Below are positions 29,327-36,793 of a DNA stretch of 64,000 bases, piece by piece. The DNA lies in contig JBBIVY010000003.1 in the NCBI GenBank assembly GCA_037439485.1, positions 1,452 through 65,451 of the forward strand, read 5' to 3'. This stretch comes from Planctomycetota bacterium (GTDB lineage: Bacteria; Planctomycetota; DG-23; DATKVD01). A program made the position numbers and the translations under genes. Each line of letters begins with the position of its first letter. The stretch's first letter is position 1. Under the pieces are notes generated by a model that worked only from the letters and a program-made list of their open reading frames with translations, was not told where the DNA came from and did not search any database.

Positions 29327-30676
29327 TCAATAGGCCTTGCGGATCTCGGTCTGCGGGTAGTAGAACTTCACGATCGCGTCATAGGTCCTTCCGAGGTCGG
29401 CGAGGCCCTTCGCTCCGTACTGGCACAGGCCGGCGCCGTGGCCCCAGCCGTGGCCGGTGAATTCCCACGACCTGTCGGAGCGCTTGGCGATGAAGAACAT
29501 GCTCTTGAGCACCCCCGGCCCCACGGCGAGGCGGAAGTCATTGCCCTTCATCGTGACGCTCGCGCGCGTGCCGACGACGGTGACGACGTCCATGTGCCCG
29601 TCGCCGTTGGTGTCGGCGAAGACGAGGTCGCGGAGCGCGCCGACGTTCCGTCCCGTCCGGTGCATCGCAGCCTCGATGTCCGCCGACGCGATCGTCTCGG
29701 TCCACTGGTAATACTTGCTCGCCTTGCAGGTGTCGCACGCGACCCCGGCCAGCGGCGGAATCGTCGGGTAATCGTCCCACACCAGGCCGCACGCCTCGGT
29801 GTGCCCGCCGCAGGTGGAGTGGAAATACGTGCGGAAGACCTTGCCGTTCCACGTGAGGATCTGCCCCGCGGTTGCCTGGACGGCCTCGATGCCGCGCGGG
29901 TGTTCGCCGGCGAGGCCCTGGTATTCCTGGTGCGTGAGGCCGGTGGACTCCATGTCCCACTCCGGCCGAGGCGCCGCCTGCTCGTGCTCGAGGAGCAGGG
30001 CGATGGTGTAGGTGCGCGCAATGACGGCCTGGGCCTTGAGCGCTTCGGCGGGCCAGTAGAAGAACATCTCGGCGGTGACGACGCCTGCGAGGTAGTCCTC
30101 GATGGGCAGGTCGTTGACGAGCGTCATGGAGCCGTCGGCGTTGGGGATGATGTCGAGCGATCCGCGGTAGGCGCGCGTGCCGACGACAAGCGTCTCGGGC
30201 TTTTTGGGGACGATCCGCGCGCGGGCTAGCTTCACGTTGCGCTTGCGCCCGGACTTGTCGACCGTGCTTATGATGACGCCGTCGGCAATGCCCTGGATGA
30301 CCGAGCCGCAGGCCGACTGCATCCACGGGCCCTGGGCCACGATCTCGTGCGTCCGCGCGTCCATCAGCTCCCACGGGCCGTTCACGCGGATGGGCATCGT
30401 CGGCCCGCCGCGGGTCTTTTCGGCCAGGAGCACGCGCACTCGCGGTTGATCGGCGAGGAGCGGCGGCGGAGGGGCCGCCGGAGGGGCCGCCGGAGCGGGA
30501 GCGGGCGCCGGAGCGGCCACTGCGGTCACGGTCCCGTCGCCGCAGCCGCCGGAGAGGATGATGATCGTCGCCGGCGCCGCCACGAGCATAATCGCAGCGG
30601 CGGCGATAACCGTCGCGACCCTTCCCGGCCGCAGCCGCGTAAGGGCAGCGCGGAATCGTTCCTGAAGCGTCGGCAT
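29327..30676 (-). CDS. SpoIID/LytB-domain protein (peptidoglycan amidase-enhancer-like), membrane-anchored
   Basis: ORF 29327-30781 trimmed to ATG 30676 (MPTLQERFRAALTRLRPGRVATVIAAAAIMLVAAP... TM anchor); SpoIID motifs VNDLPIEDYLAGVVTAEM, FHSTCGGHTE, GHGWGHGAGLCQYGA. Confidence 0.8.
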   Translation of the reverse strand: MPTLQERFRAALTRLRPGRVATVIAAAAIMLVAAPATIIILSGGCGDGTVTAVAAPAPAPAPAAPPAAPPPPLLADQPRVRVLLAEKTRGGPTMPIRVNGPWELMDARTHEIVAQGPWMQSACGSVIQGIADGVIISTVDKSGRKRNVKLARARIVPKKPETLVVGTRAYRGSLDIIPNADGSMTLVNDLPIEDYLAGVVTAEMFFYWPAEALKAQAVIARTYTIALLLEHEQAAPRPEWDMESTGLTHQEYQGLAGEHPRGIEAVQATAGQILTWNGKVFRTYFHSTCGGHTEACGLVWDDYPTIPPLAGVACDTCKASKYYQWTETIASADIEAAMHRTGRNVGALRDLVFADTNGDGHMDVVTVVGTRASVTMKGNDFRLAVGPGVLKSMFFIAKRSDRSWEFTGHGWGHGAGLCQYGAKGLADLGRTYDAIVKFYYPQTEIRKAY

Positions 30677-30755
30677 CGTGTTCCCCGTGTGCTTACTCTT
30701 CCCGCGCCGGGCCTTTGGCAGGGACTGTCCCGCCCTGTCGTTCGAAACGGCAAGA

Positions 30756-30793
30756 GCCCTCACCCTGACCCTCTCCCCCAAGGGGAGAGGGAG
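30756..30793. repeat. REP-like element family 2, copy in queH 3' flank
   Basis: gccctcaccctgaccctctcccccaaggggagagggag; ~13 nt beyond queH stop (TAA rc at 30806-30808). Confidence 0.6.
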
Positions 30794-30805
30794 AAGGAGC
30801 GGAAC

Positions 30806-31369
30806 TTACCCCTCCCCGCGCCACATCTCGTCGCGGGTGGCCTTGTAGCGATCATACTCGGAAAAGACGCAACCGCAATACTGCTGGCGGAATATGTTGT
30901 ATTTCTTCGCGAACTCGTCGCCGCGCTCGTGGGCGCGGGAGAGGTCAAAATCCTCGAAAGGCACGCCTGTGCGGGCGGATTCCTCTCGGGCGATGCGCCG
31001 GACGAGCGCGAGATCCTGCTCGGGGCTGGCGAGGAGCGTGGTGGAGAATGCATCGAAACCGAGCGTCTTCGCCCGGTCGGCCGCGCGGCCGAGGCGCATC
31101 CGGTAGCACGTCTCGCATCGCCCCGGCGCCTCGTGCCTCCCGGCAATCGCGGCGAGGTAGTCCTCCAGGCCGTATTCCCCCTCGATCACGAGCGGCATCT
31201 TCAGCCGGTCGCACAGCACCTGCGTTGCCTTGATCCGCCGGCGCCATTCGAGCAGCGGATGCACGTTCGGGTTTTGGAAGCACGCCGTCAGCGCGAGCTT
31301 CTTCCCGGCCAGTTCCAGAGCCGTCCCCGCGAGGCATACCGCGCAGCAGGTGTGGAGGAGGAGTTTCAT
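30806..31369 (-). CDS. queH: epoxyqueuosine reductase QueH (DUF208)
   Basis: 187 aa; N-terminal MKLLLHTCCAVCLAG Cys cluster and C-terminal YCGCVFSE typical of QueH. Confidence 0.8.
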   Translation of the reverse strand: MKLLLHTCCAVCLAGTALELAGKKLALTACFQNPNVHPLLEWRRRIKATQVLCDRLKMPLVIEGEYGLEDYLAAIAGRHEAPGRCETCYRMRLGRAADRAKTLGFDAFSTTLLASPEQDLALVRRIAREESARTGVPFEDFDLSRAHERGDEFAKKYNIFRQQYCGCVFSEYDRYKATRDEMWRGEG

Positions 31370-31378
31370 GGCGGGGAG

Positions 31379-31603
31379 CTACCTGCCCTCAAAGGCGGCG
31401 ACGAACTCCTCCGGTGTCACTCCTGCCTGCCGGAGGGCGCTTCGAAGCGTGCCGATGGCCAGTTCTTTGTGGACGGGGATGACACATCCGCGATCATTGC
31501 GGCGAAGGACAACGTGGCTGCCGCGTTGGCGAGGTTGCCGGAAACCGAGGCGCTCGAAGACGCGGATGGCCTCGGCGCCGGAGACCCGAGGCAGTTTAGG
31601 CAT
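31379..31603 (-). CDS. hicA: HicA-family mRNA-interferase toxin
   Basis: 74 aa; FERLGFRQPRQRGSHVVLRR...PVHKELAIGTLRSALRQAGV matches HicA/YcfA fold signature; 8-bp overlap with upstream hicB. Confidence 0.75.
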   Translation of the reverse strand: MPKLPRVSGAEAIRVFERLGFRQPRQRGSHVVLRRNDRGCVIPVHKELAIGTLRSALRQAGVTPEEFVAAFEGR

Positions 31604-31805
31604 GGACCGCGACCTCGAAGGTCGTGATCATGGGATGGGAGGATCCCTCGGTCGGGAATTCCTCGAGGTAGAGTTCGGTGGCCTCCTTGAGGTTGCTCAG
31701 GGCCTCCTCGACCGTCGCGCCCTGACTGACGGTTCCCACCTCGGGGCAGTCCGCGACGAAGAGCTCTCCCTCCTTGTGGAGCACCGCCGTCAATACGCGT
31801 GTCAT
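31596..31805 (-). CDS. hicB: HicB-family antitoxin (UPF0150)
   Basis: 69 aa; VLHKEGELFVADCPEVGTVSQGATVEEALSNLKEATELYLEE typical HicB N-domain; precedes hicA (reversed order). Confidence 0.7.
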   Translation of the reverse strand: MTRVLTAVLHKEGELFVADCPEVGTVSQGATVEEALSNLKEATELYLEEFPTEGSSHPMITTFEVAVHA

Positions 31806-31923
31806 GCGGCTCTCCTCCCGATATTCCGCGAAGTTTCCGAATGAAGTCTACCGCCGCGAACCTTCCGAGTCAAGCGCCGGTGAGATGCGCGATGCAGGAG
31901 GACTCCGGGTCTCCGGCCGCATG

Positions 31924-32967
31924 TCACTTCTTGAACAGCCCCGGTTCCTCCGTGCCCGCCTTGCCGCCGAGGGCCTCGATGTGGTCGAAGGCGGAGCGGG
32001 TGGCCTGGCGGCCGCGGGGGGTCTTCTTGAGGAAGCCGCGGCGGATGAGGTAGGGCTCGTAGACGTCCTCGATGGTGTCCTCGGTTTCGCCGACGGAGAC
32101 CGCGATGGTCTTGACGCCGAGCGGGCCGCCGCCGTGCTGGATGAGGGCGCGCAGGATGCGGCGGTCCATGCCGTCGAGGCCGGCCTCGTCGATGCCGAGC
32201 ATTCGCAGGCCTTCCTCGGCGACCTTGACGTCGACGCGTCCGCCGGTGGTGAGCTGGGCGAGGTCGCGGATGCGGCGGAGGTAGCGGTTGGCCTCGCGCG
32301 GGGTGCCGCGGGAGCGCCGGGCGATAATATGCGCGGCCTCGACCTCGACCTCGATCTTGAGGATGTCGGCGGAGCGCATGATGACCTCGTACAGCTCCTC
32401 GGGCGGGTAGTAGTCGAGTTTTTCGAGGACGCCGAAGCGCGCGCGGAAGGGCTGGGTGAGAAGCCCCTCGCGGGTCGTGGCGCCGATGAGGGTGAAGGGC
32501 GGCACGTCGATCTTGATCGACCGCGCGTGCGGGCCCTGGTCGATGAGGATGTCGATGGAGTAGTCCTCCATCGCGGAGTAAAGGTACTCCTCGACGGCGA
32601 CGTTGACGCGGTGGATTTCGTCGATGAAGAGGACGTCGAACTTGGCGAGCTTGGTGAGGATGCCGGCGAGGTCGGCGGGCTTTTCGAGGACGGGGCCGGA
32701 GGTGGCGCGGAATTCCGTGCCGATCTCTCGCGCGACGATGTGGCCGAGAGTGGTCTTGCCGAGGCCGGGAGGCCCCGAGAAGAGGATGTGGTCCAGCGCC
32801 TCGCCCCGCTCCCGCGCCGCGCGGATGTAGACGCGCAGGTTCTCGACGATCTTCTTCTGGCCGATGAACTCGCCGAACGACTGCGGACGCAGCTTCGGCT
32901 CGTCCTCGATCAGGATCTCGCCGGGAAGGCCCGGCACGAGCGGATTGCGCGTCGCGTCGTCTGTCAT
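31924..32967 (-). CDS. ruvB: Holliday junction branch-migration ATPase RuvB
   Basis: ORF 31924-33063 trimmed to ATG 32967 (MTDDATRNPL...); GPPGLGKTTLGHIVA Walker A, DEIHR, arginine finger region. Confidence 0.9.
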   Translation of the reverse strand: MTDDATRNPLVPGLPGEILIEDEPKLRPQSFGEFIGQKKIVENLRVYIRAARERGEALDHILFSGPPGLGKTTLGHIVAREIGTEFRATSGPVLEKPADLAGILTKLAKFDVLFIDEIHRVNVAVEEYLYSAMEDYSIDILIDQGPHARSIKIDVPPFTLIGATTREGLLTQPFRARFGVLEKLDYYPPEELYEVIMRSADILKIEVEVEAAHIIARRSRGTPREANRYLRRIRDLAQLTTGGRVDVKVAEEGLRMLGIDEAGLDGMDRRILRALIQHGGGPLGVKTIAVSVGETEDTIEDVYEPYLIRRGFLKKTPRGRQATRSAFDHIEALGGKAGTEEPGLFKK

Positions 32968-32998
32968 GAATCCCCCGTCGCGACACTCCAGTCGCGCA

Positions 32999-33265
32999 CT
33001 ACGCCCGGCAGATGTACGTCTCGTCGATCTCGGCGCCCCTATAGGGGCCGTCGCCGCTGCCATCGTCCTGCGGCCGGTCGAAGACTACGTAACAGAAGAC
33101 CATCATCCGCTCGGAGCCCTGAACGAAACGCCGATGGCCTCTCCCACCGTTCGGCTCCGTGAGTTCCAACATGAACGGCTCCGGCAAGGCGAGGGCGCCG
33201 GATATCCCGTCCCCCAACCTGGGGTCGCCAGCAACTATCACTTTGTCGCCAGGCTCGAACGTCAT
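32999..33265 (-). CDS. small hypothetical protein (88 aa) inserted between ruvA and ruvB
   Basis: ATG overlaps ruvA stop as ATGA (translational coupling); moderate-GC codon usage; MTFEPGDKVIVAGDPRLGDGISGALALPEPF...; family not recognised. Confidence 0.45.
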   Translation of the reverse strand: MTFEPGDKVIVAGDPRLGDGISGALALPEPFMLELTEPNGGRGHRRFVQGSERMMVFCYVVFDRPQDDGSGDGPYRGAEIDETYICRA

Positions 33266-33855
33266 GTCGACTTCAGCGCTTCCCGCACGAGCCCCTCGAC
33301 GCCGGCGTCGGTGCCGAGCTTCTTTCGCGCGGCGGCGACGGCCTCTTCGGCCTTGAGGCGCGGGAAGCCGAGCGAGACGAGCCCGGCGACGGCGTCGAGC
33401 GCGCCCCGATCTCCCGGGGGCAACGCGCCCGTTGCGCTATAGTGCAGGCCGAGGCGCGAGATGGGGCCCTTTAGCTCCAGCACCATCCGCTCGGCGGTCT
33501 TGCCGCCGATGCCGCGGATCTTCTTGAGGAGCGCCGTGTCGCCGGTCATGACGGCCTGCTTCACGGTCTCGACGGACGTCCCCGAGAGCACGGCGGTGGC
33601 GAGCATCGGGCCGATGCCGTTGACGTTGATGAGCATCCGGAAGAGTTCGCGCTCCTCGGAGGTGAGGAAGCCGAAGAGCCGGAACCCGTCCTCGCGGACG
33701 ATGAGGTGCGTGAGGAGGAGGACGTTCGAGCCCTCGGGCGGCAGCTTCTCGAAGGTGCTGAGAGGGCAGGTGACCTCGAAGCCAACGCCCGCGACGTCGA
33801 CGACGGCGAGCGCCGGAGTCTTGTGCGTCAGTCTTCCGCTGAGGTGGTGGTACAT
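33262..33855 (-). CDS. ruvA: Holliday junction DNA helicase RuvA
   Basis: 197 aa; MYHHLSGRL N-terminus, helix-hairpin-helix LINVNGIGPMLA / IRGIGGKTAERMVLEL. Confidence 0.9.
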   Translation of the reverse strand: MYHHLSGRLTHKTPALAVVDVAGVGFEVTCPLSTFEKLPPEGSNVLLLTHLIVREDGFRLFGFLTSEERELFRMLINVNGIGPMLATAVLSGTSVETVKQAVMTGDTALLKKIRGIGGKTAERMVLELKGPISRLGLHYSATGALPPGDRGALDAVAGLVSLGFPRLKAEEAVAAARKKLGTDAGVEGLVREALKST

Positions 33856-33871
33856 GAGAAGCCCGGGAAGA

Positions 33872-33975
33872 GGGTTAAAGGTTGAAGGTTGAATGTTGAA
33901 GGCTGGCGGACGGCCCGACGCGCGCCAAGCGCTTTCATCTTTCCGTCAGCGTTCAACGTTCAACCTTCAACCCGT
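33872..33975. repeat. ~100-bp hairpin element with arms of GGTTGAA heptamer repeats
   Basis: Arm GGTTGAAGGTTGAATGTTGAAGG (33880-33902) vs complement CGTTCAACGTTCAACCTTCAACC (33949-33971), 21/23 bp; ~46-nt loop; between TPR gene stop and ruvA start. Confidence 0.55.
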
Positions 33976-33983
33976 TGCATCCG

Positions 33984-35324
33984 TTACTTATCGTCCTTCA
34001 GCTTGAGTCCCATGCCGGCGAGCTTCGAGCGGATCTCGTTGAGCGAGGTCTGGCCGAAGTTCTTGCACTCGAGCAGTTCGGGCTCGGAGCGGTCGCAGAG
34101 GTCGCCGATGGTGACGAGGGCCAGCTTGGACATGCACTTGCGCGAGCGGACGGAAAGCTCGAGTTCGGCGAGCGGCTTGGCTTTGATGGCGTCGAGTTCG
34201 GACTTGCCGCGGGAGCCGAAGGGCGTCGAGCGGGGCTTCGGGGCGTCCTTCTCCATCGCCTGGCCGAGGCGCAGGCCCTTCGAGGTCATCATGCTCTTGA
34301 TCTCGTTGAGCGAGGTCTCGCCGAAGTTCTTGAAGCTCAGGAGGTCCTGTTCGGTGACGCGCGTCAGGTCGCCCAGCGTGTGGACGCCCATCTTGTCCAG
34401 GCAGTTGCGCGAGCGGACGGAAAGCTCGAAGTCCGTGACCGGGATCTCGAGGACCTTGTTCTGGCGGTCCTGCTTGCGCTCGAGCTCCTCGTCGTAATAC
34501 ATCGTGAGGGAACTCTGGGTGTCGCGGAGGAAGAGCTTGGCGCGCTCGTGGGTCGGCTGCCACTTGATCACGCGCTCGAAGCAGCGGGCCGCCTCCTCAT
34601 AGCGCCCGGCGTCCTCGTAGAGGATGCCCAGGTTGATCAGCGCGTTCACGTGAACCGGCCGCACGCCCGCGCACCGCTCGTAGAGATCCAGCGCCTCTTC
34701 GTCGTCCCCGCGCAGGTCCGCGTTGTAGGCCAGGCGGAAGAGCGAATTCGCGTGCGACGGGTTGATCTCGATCGCTTTCGAGTATTCCTCGATGGCGCCG
34801 TCGTAGTTCTGGGCCACGTCGTGCATCATGCCCATCTGGTAGTGATATTCGGCGTCGCCGTCGTGCTTCTTGCCGAGCGCCAGCAGGGCCTTGTCGGCGT
34901 CCGCATGCTCGCCGCAGCCGCGAAGCGCCGCGACCTTGCCCAACTCGTAGGCGAGCTTCGATTCCTTCTCGGCGAGCTTCGCATAAAGCTTCAGCGCCGA
35001 GCGGAACTGCCCGGCGGCCAGCGCGCACTCGGCCTCCAGCTCGCGCGCGAAGTCGTCGCGCTTCACCTCGGCGAGGCTCTCCGCCGCGCCTTCGAACCGC
35101 GAGAGCACCCACTGAAGCGCCCCGAGCTGGTAGTAGAGGTCGTGCGACTTGTCGGTGTTGCGGGCCTTCTTCGCCTTCTCCGCCAGGTCCGCCACGGCCG
35201 TCGCAATCTGCCGGCGTAGCGGGGCGTCCACCGACGCCTTCATCTTCAGCTCCGCCAGCTTCGCGCCGGCCAGGTCCTCGATCTTGATCTCTCCGAGCCC
35301 TTCGATGGTCAGTGCTTCGCTCAT
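33984..35324 (-). CDS. TPR-repeat protein with two tandem RNA polymerase alpha-subunit C-terminal-domain-like (alpha-CTD) modules
   Basis: 446 aa; N-terminal ~280 aa TPR-like; two copies of alpha-CTD-like motif ELSVRSRNCLDKMGVHTLGDLTRVTEQDLLSFKNFGETSLNEIKSMMTSKGLRLG and ELSVRSRKCMSKLALVTIGDLCDRSEPELLECKNFGQTSLNEIRSKLAGMGLKL. Confidence 0.75.
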   Translation of the reverse strand: MSEALTIEGLGEIKIEDLAGAKLAELKMKASVDAPLRRQIATAVADLAEKAKKARNTDKSHDLYYQLGALQWVLSRFEGAAESLAEVKRDDFARELEAECALAAGQFRSALKLYAKLAEKESKLAYELGKVAALRGCGEHADADKALLALGKKHDGDAEYHYQMGMMHDVAQNYDGAIEEYSKAIEINPSHANSLFRLAYNADLRGDDEEALDLYERCAGVRPVHVNALINLGILYEDAGRYEEAARCFERVIKWQPTHERAKLFLRDTQSSLTMYYDEELERKQDRQNKVLEIPVTDFELSVRSRNCLDKMGVHTLGDLTRVTEQDLLSFKNFGETSLNEIKSMMTSKGLRLGQAMEKDAPKPRSTPFGSRGKSELDAIKAKPLAELELSVRSRKCMSKLALVTIGDLCDRSEPELLECKNFGQTSLNEIRSKLAGMGLKLKDDK

Positions 35325-35417
35325 CCGAGCCTCCGTTGATGGGTCAGTAGAACGCGCCTTAGGCCAAGTATTATATCAGATGCTGCGGGCTTGTCAAGCC
35401 AACCTGATGGGCGACGC

Positions 35418-35536
35418 AAGTGTCACGTAGCCATGAACTTACGACTGACACATGACAACTGACGAGCAAGGGCCTTGAGACGCGCGGGGTGCTTCCGGAG
35501 TCGTTGCCTGTCAGTTGTCACGTGTCAGTTATCAGC
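35418..35536. repeat. ~120-bp inverted-repeat MITE-like element (copy 1) with CACGTG-containing termini
   Basis: left AAGTGTCACGTAGCC...CGACTGACACATGACAACTGACGAG, right CGTTGCCTGTCAGTTGTCACGTGTCAGTTATCAG; second copy 41257-41378 (right arms 31/36 identical); overlaps MFS stop codon. Confidence 0.55.
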
Positions 35537-36712
35537 GCCGGAGGCCCGATCGATGCCCCGTCCCAGGACCCAGCAGGCGACCAGTCCCGCCGCCGCGACG
35601 GCGAGGGCGATGAGGAGTCCCGGGACATAGCTCTTCGTGACGTCGACGAGATGCCCGTTGAGGCTCGGGGCGAAGGACGAGATTCCCTGCGCGGCCATGA
35701 CGAGCGGGTAGACCGTGCCGAGGACGTGCGGGCCGTAGAGTCGCGCGACCGCGGCGGGATAGATCGCGAAGTTGCTCCCGTAGCAGAAGCCGACGCCGCA
35801 GGCCGCGACGAGGAACACGGCCGGGTGCCGCTGTCCCGCGACGACGAGCGCGAGGACGAGCGTCGTGAGCAGCGCCAGGGCGCCCACCAGGGATCGACGG
35901 ATGCCGAAGCGGTCGGTGGCGTGTCCCCAGGCGATTCGTCCCACGGCGTTGCCCGCGGCCATGACTCCGACGCCGATGGCCGCCGCGGCGCCGACGCCGA
36001 AGGCGAGGGCCATGCTCTTGACGGTGCCCATGATGGTGAGGAAGGGGAGGGTGCCGGCGAGCATGCCGACGGCGAGAGCCCAGAAGCGCCGGTCGCGCAA
36101 AAGCCTGCGGCGGTCGAATGCCTCGGCCTCGTCGGCGCCGGCCTCGCCGGGCCTGGCGGGAGGATTGACGAGGCACAACGCGAGCGCGAGGATGACGGGC
36201 GTATAGACGAACCCGACGACGCGGAAGACCTCAAGCACGCGCCAGCCGCGCTGGAAGAGCGCCTCGGCGATGAGCGACAGCACCAGCGGCCCGCAGGCGT
36301 AACCGGCCGCGGCGATTCCGCTGATGAGGCCGCGGCGTTCCGGGAACCATTTCACCGCGACGGCCAGCGGGCAGACGTAGCCGATGGCCGAGCCCGAGCC
36401 GAGGAGCACTCCGACCGCGAGCCAGAGCCACCCATAATGGTAGCCGAGGTACGTCGCCAGAAGCCACCCGCAGCCGACGCACACGGAGCTTGCGAGCGCC
36501 AGCGGCCTCGGGCCCACGCGGTCGTGGATGCGCCCGGCGAAGACGAGCGTGAGGCAGAAGAAGAACGTCAGCGTGTTGAAGACGAGCTGCATCTGGAAGG
36601 AGGTGAAGCCGTATTCCTCGTGGAAGCGCATCGCAAAGACGCTCCACGCCTGCCCGGTGCCCAGGCACACGAGCATCATCACGCACGCGATGAGGATGAG
36701 GTAGCGCTTCAT
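35525..36712 (-). CDS. MFS transporter (oxalate/formate antiporter-like)
   Basis: 395 aa, 12 predicted TM; 6+6 organisation with central hydrophilic loop; MFS-type motifs. Confidence 0.8.
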   Translation of the reverse strand: MKRYLILIACVMMLVCLGTGQAWSVFAMRFHEEYGFTSFQMQLVFNTLTFFFCLTLVFAGRIHDRVGPRPLALASSVCVGCGWLLATYLGYHYGWLWLAVGVLLGSGSAIGYVCPLAVAVKWFPERRGLISGIAAAGYACGPLVLSLIAEALFQRGWRVLEVFRVVGFVYTPVILALALCLVNPPARPGEAGADEAEAFDRRRLLRDRRFWALAVGMLAGTLPFLTIMGTVKSMALAFGVGAAAAIGVGVMAAGNAVGRIAWGHATDRFGIRRSLVGALALLTTLVLALVVAGQRHPAVFLVAACGVGFCYGSNFAIYPAAVARLYGPHVLGTVYPLVMAAQGISSFAPSLNGHLVDVTKSYVPGLLIALAVAAAGLVACWVLGRGIDRASGADN

Positions 36713-36769
36713 GCCGCTTCCGATCCGCTGTGGCAGGCCCCCGATTTATCGCGGGCCTGTCCGAGACGG

Positions 36770-36793
36770 GTCAGACAGGAATGTCTGACCTAC
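36770..36793. repeat. REP-like element family 1 variant whose CTAC provides the stop codon of upstream gene
   Basis: GTCAGACAGGAATGTCTGAC + CTAC; on - strand reads G-TAG-hairpin where TAG is stop of 36790-38469; extra hairpin CAGGCCC...GGGCCTG at 36734-36759. Confidence 0.55.
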
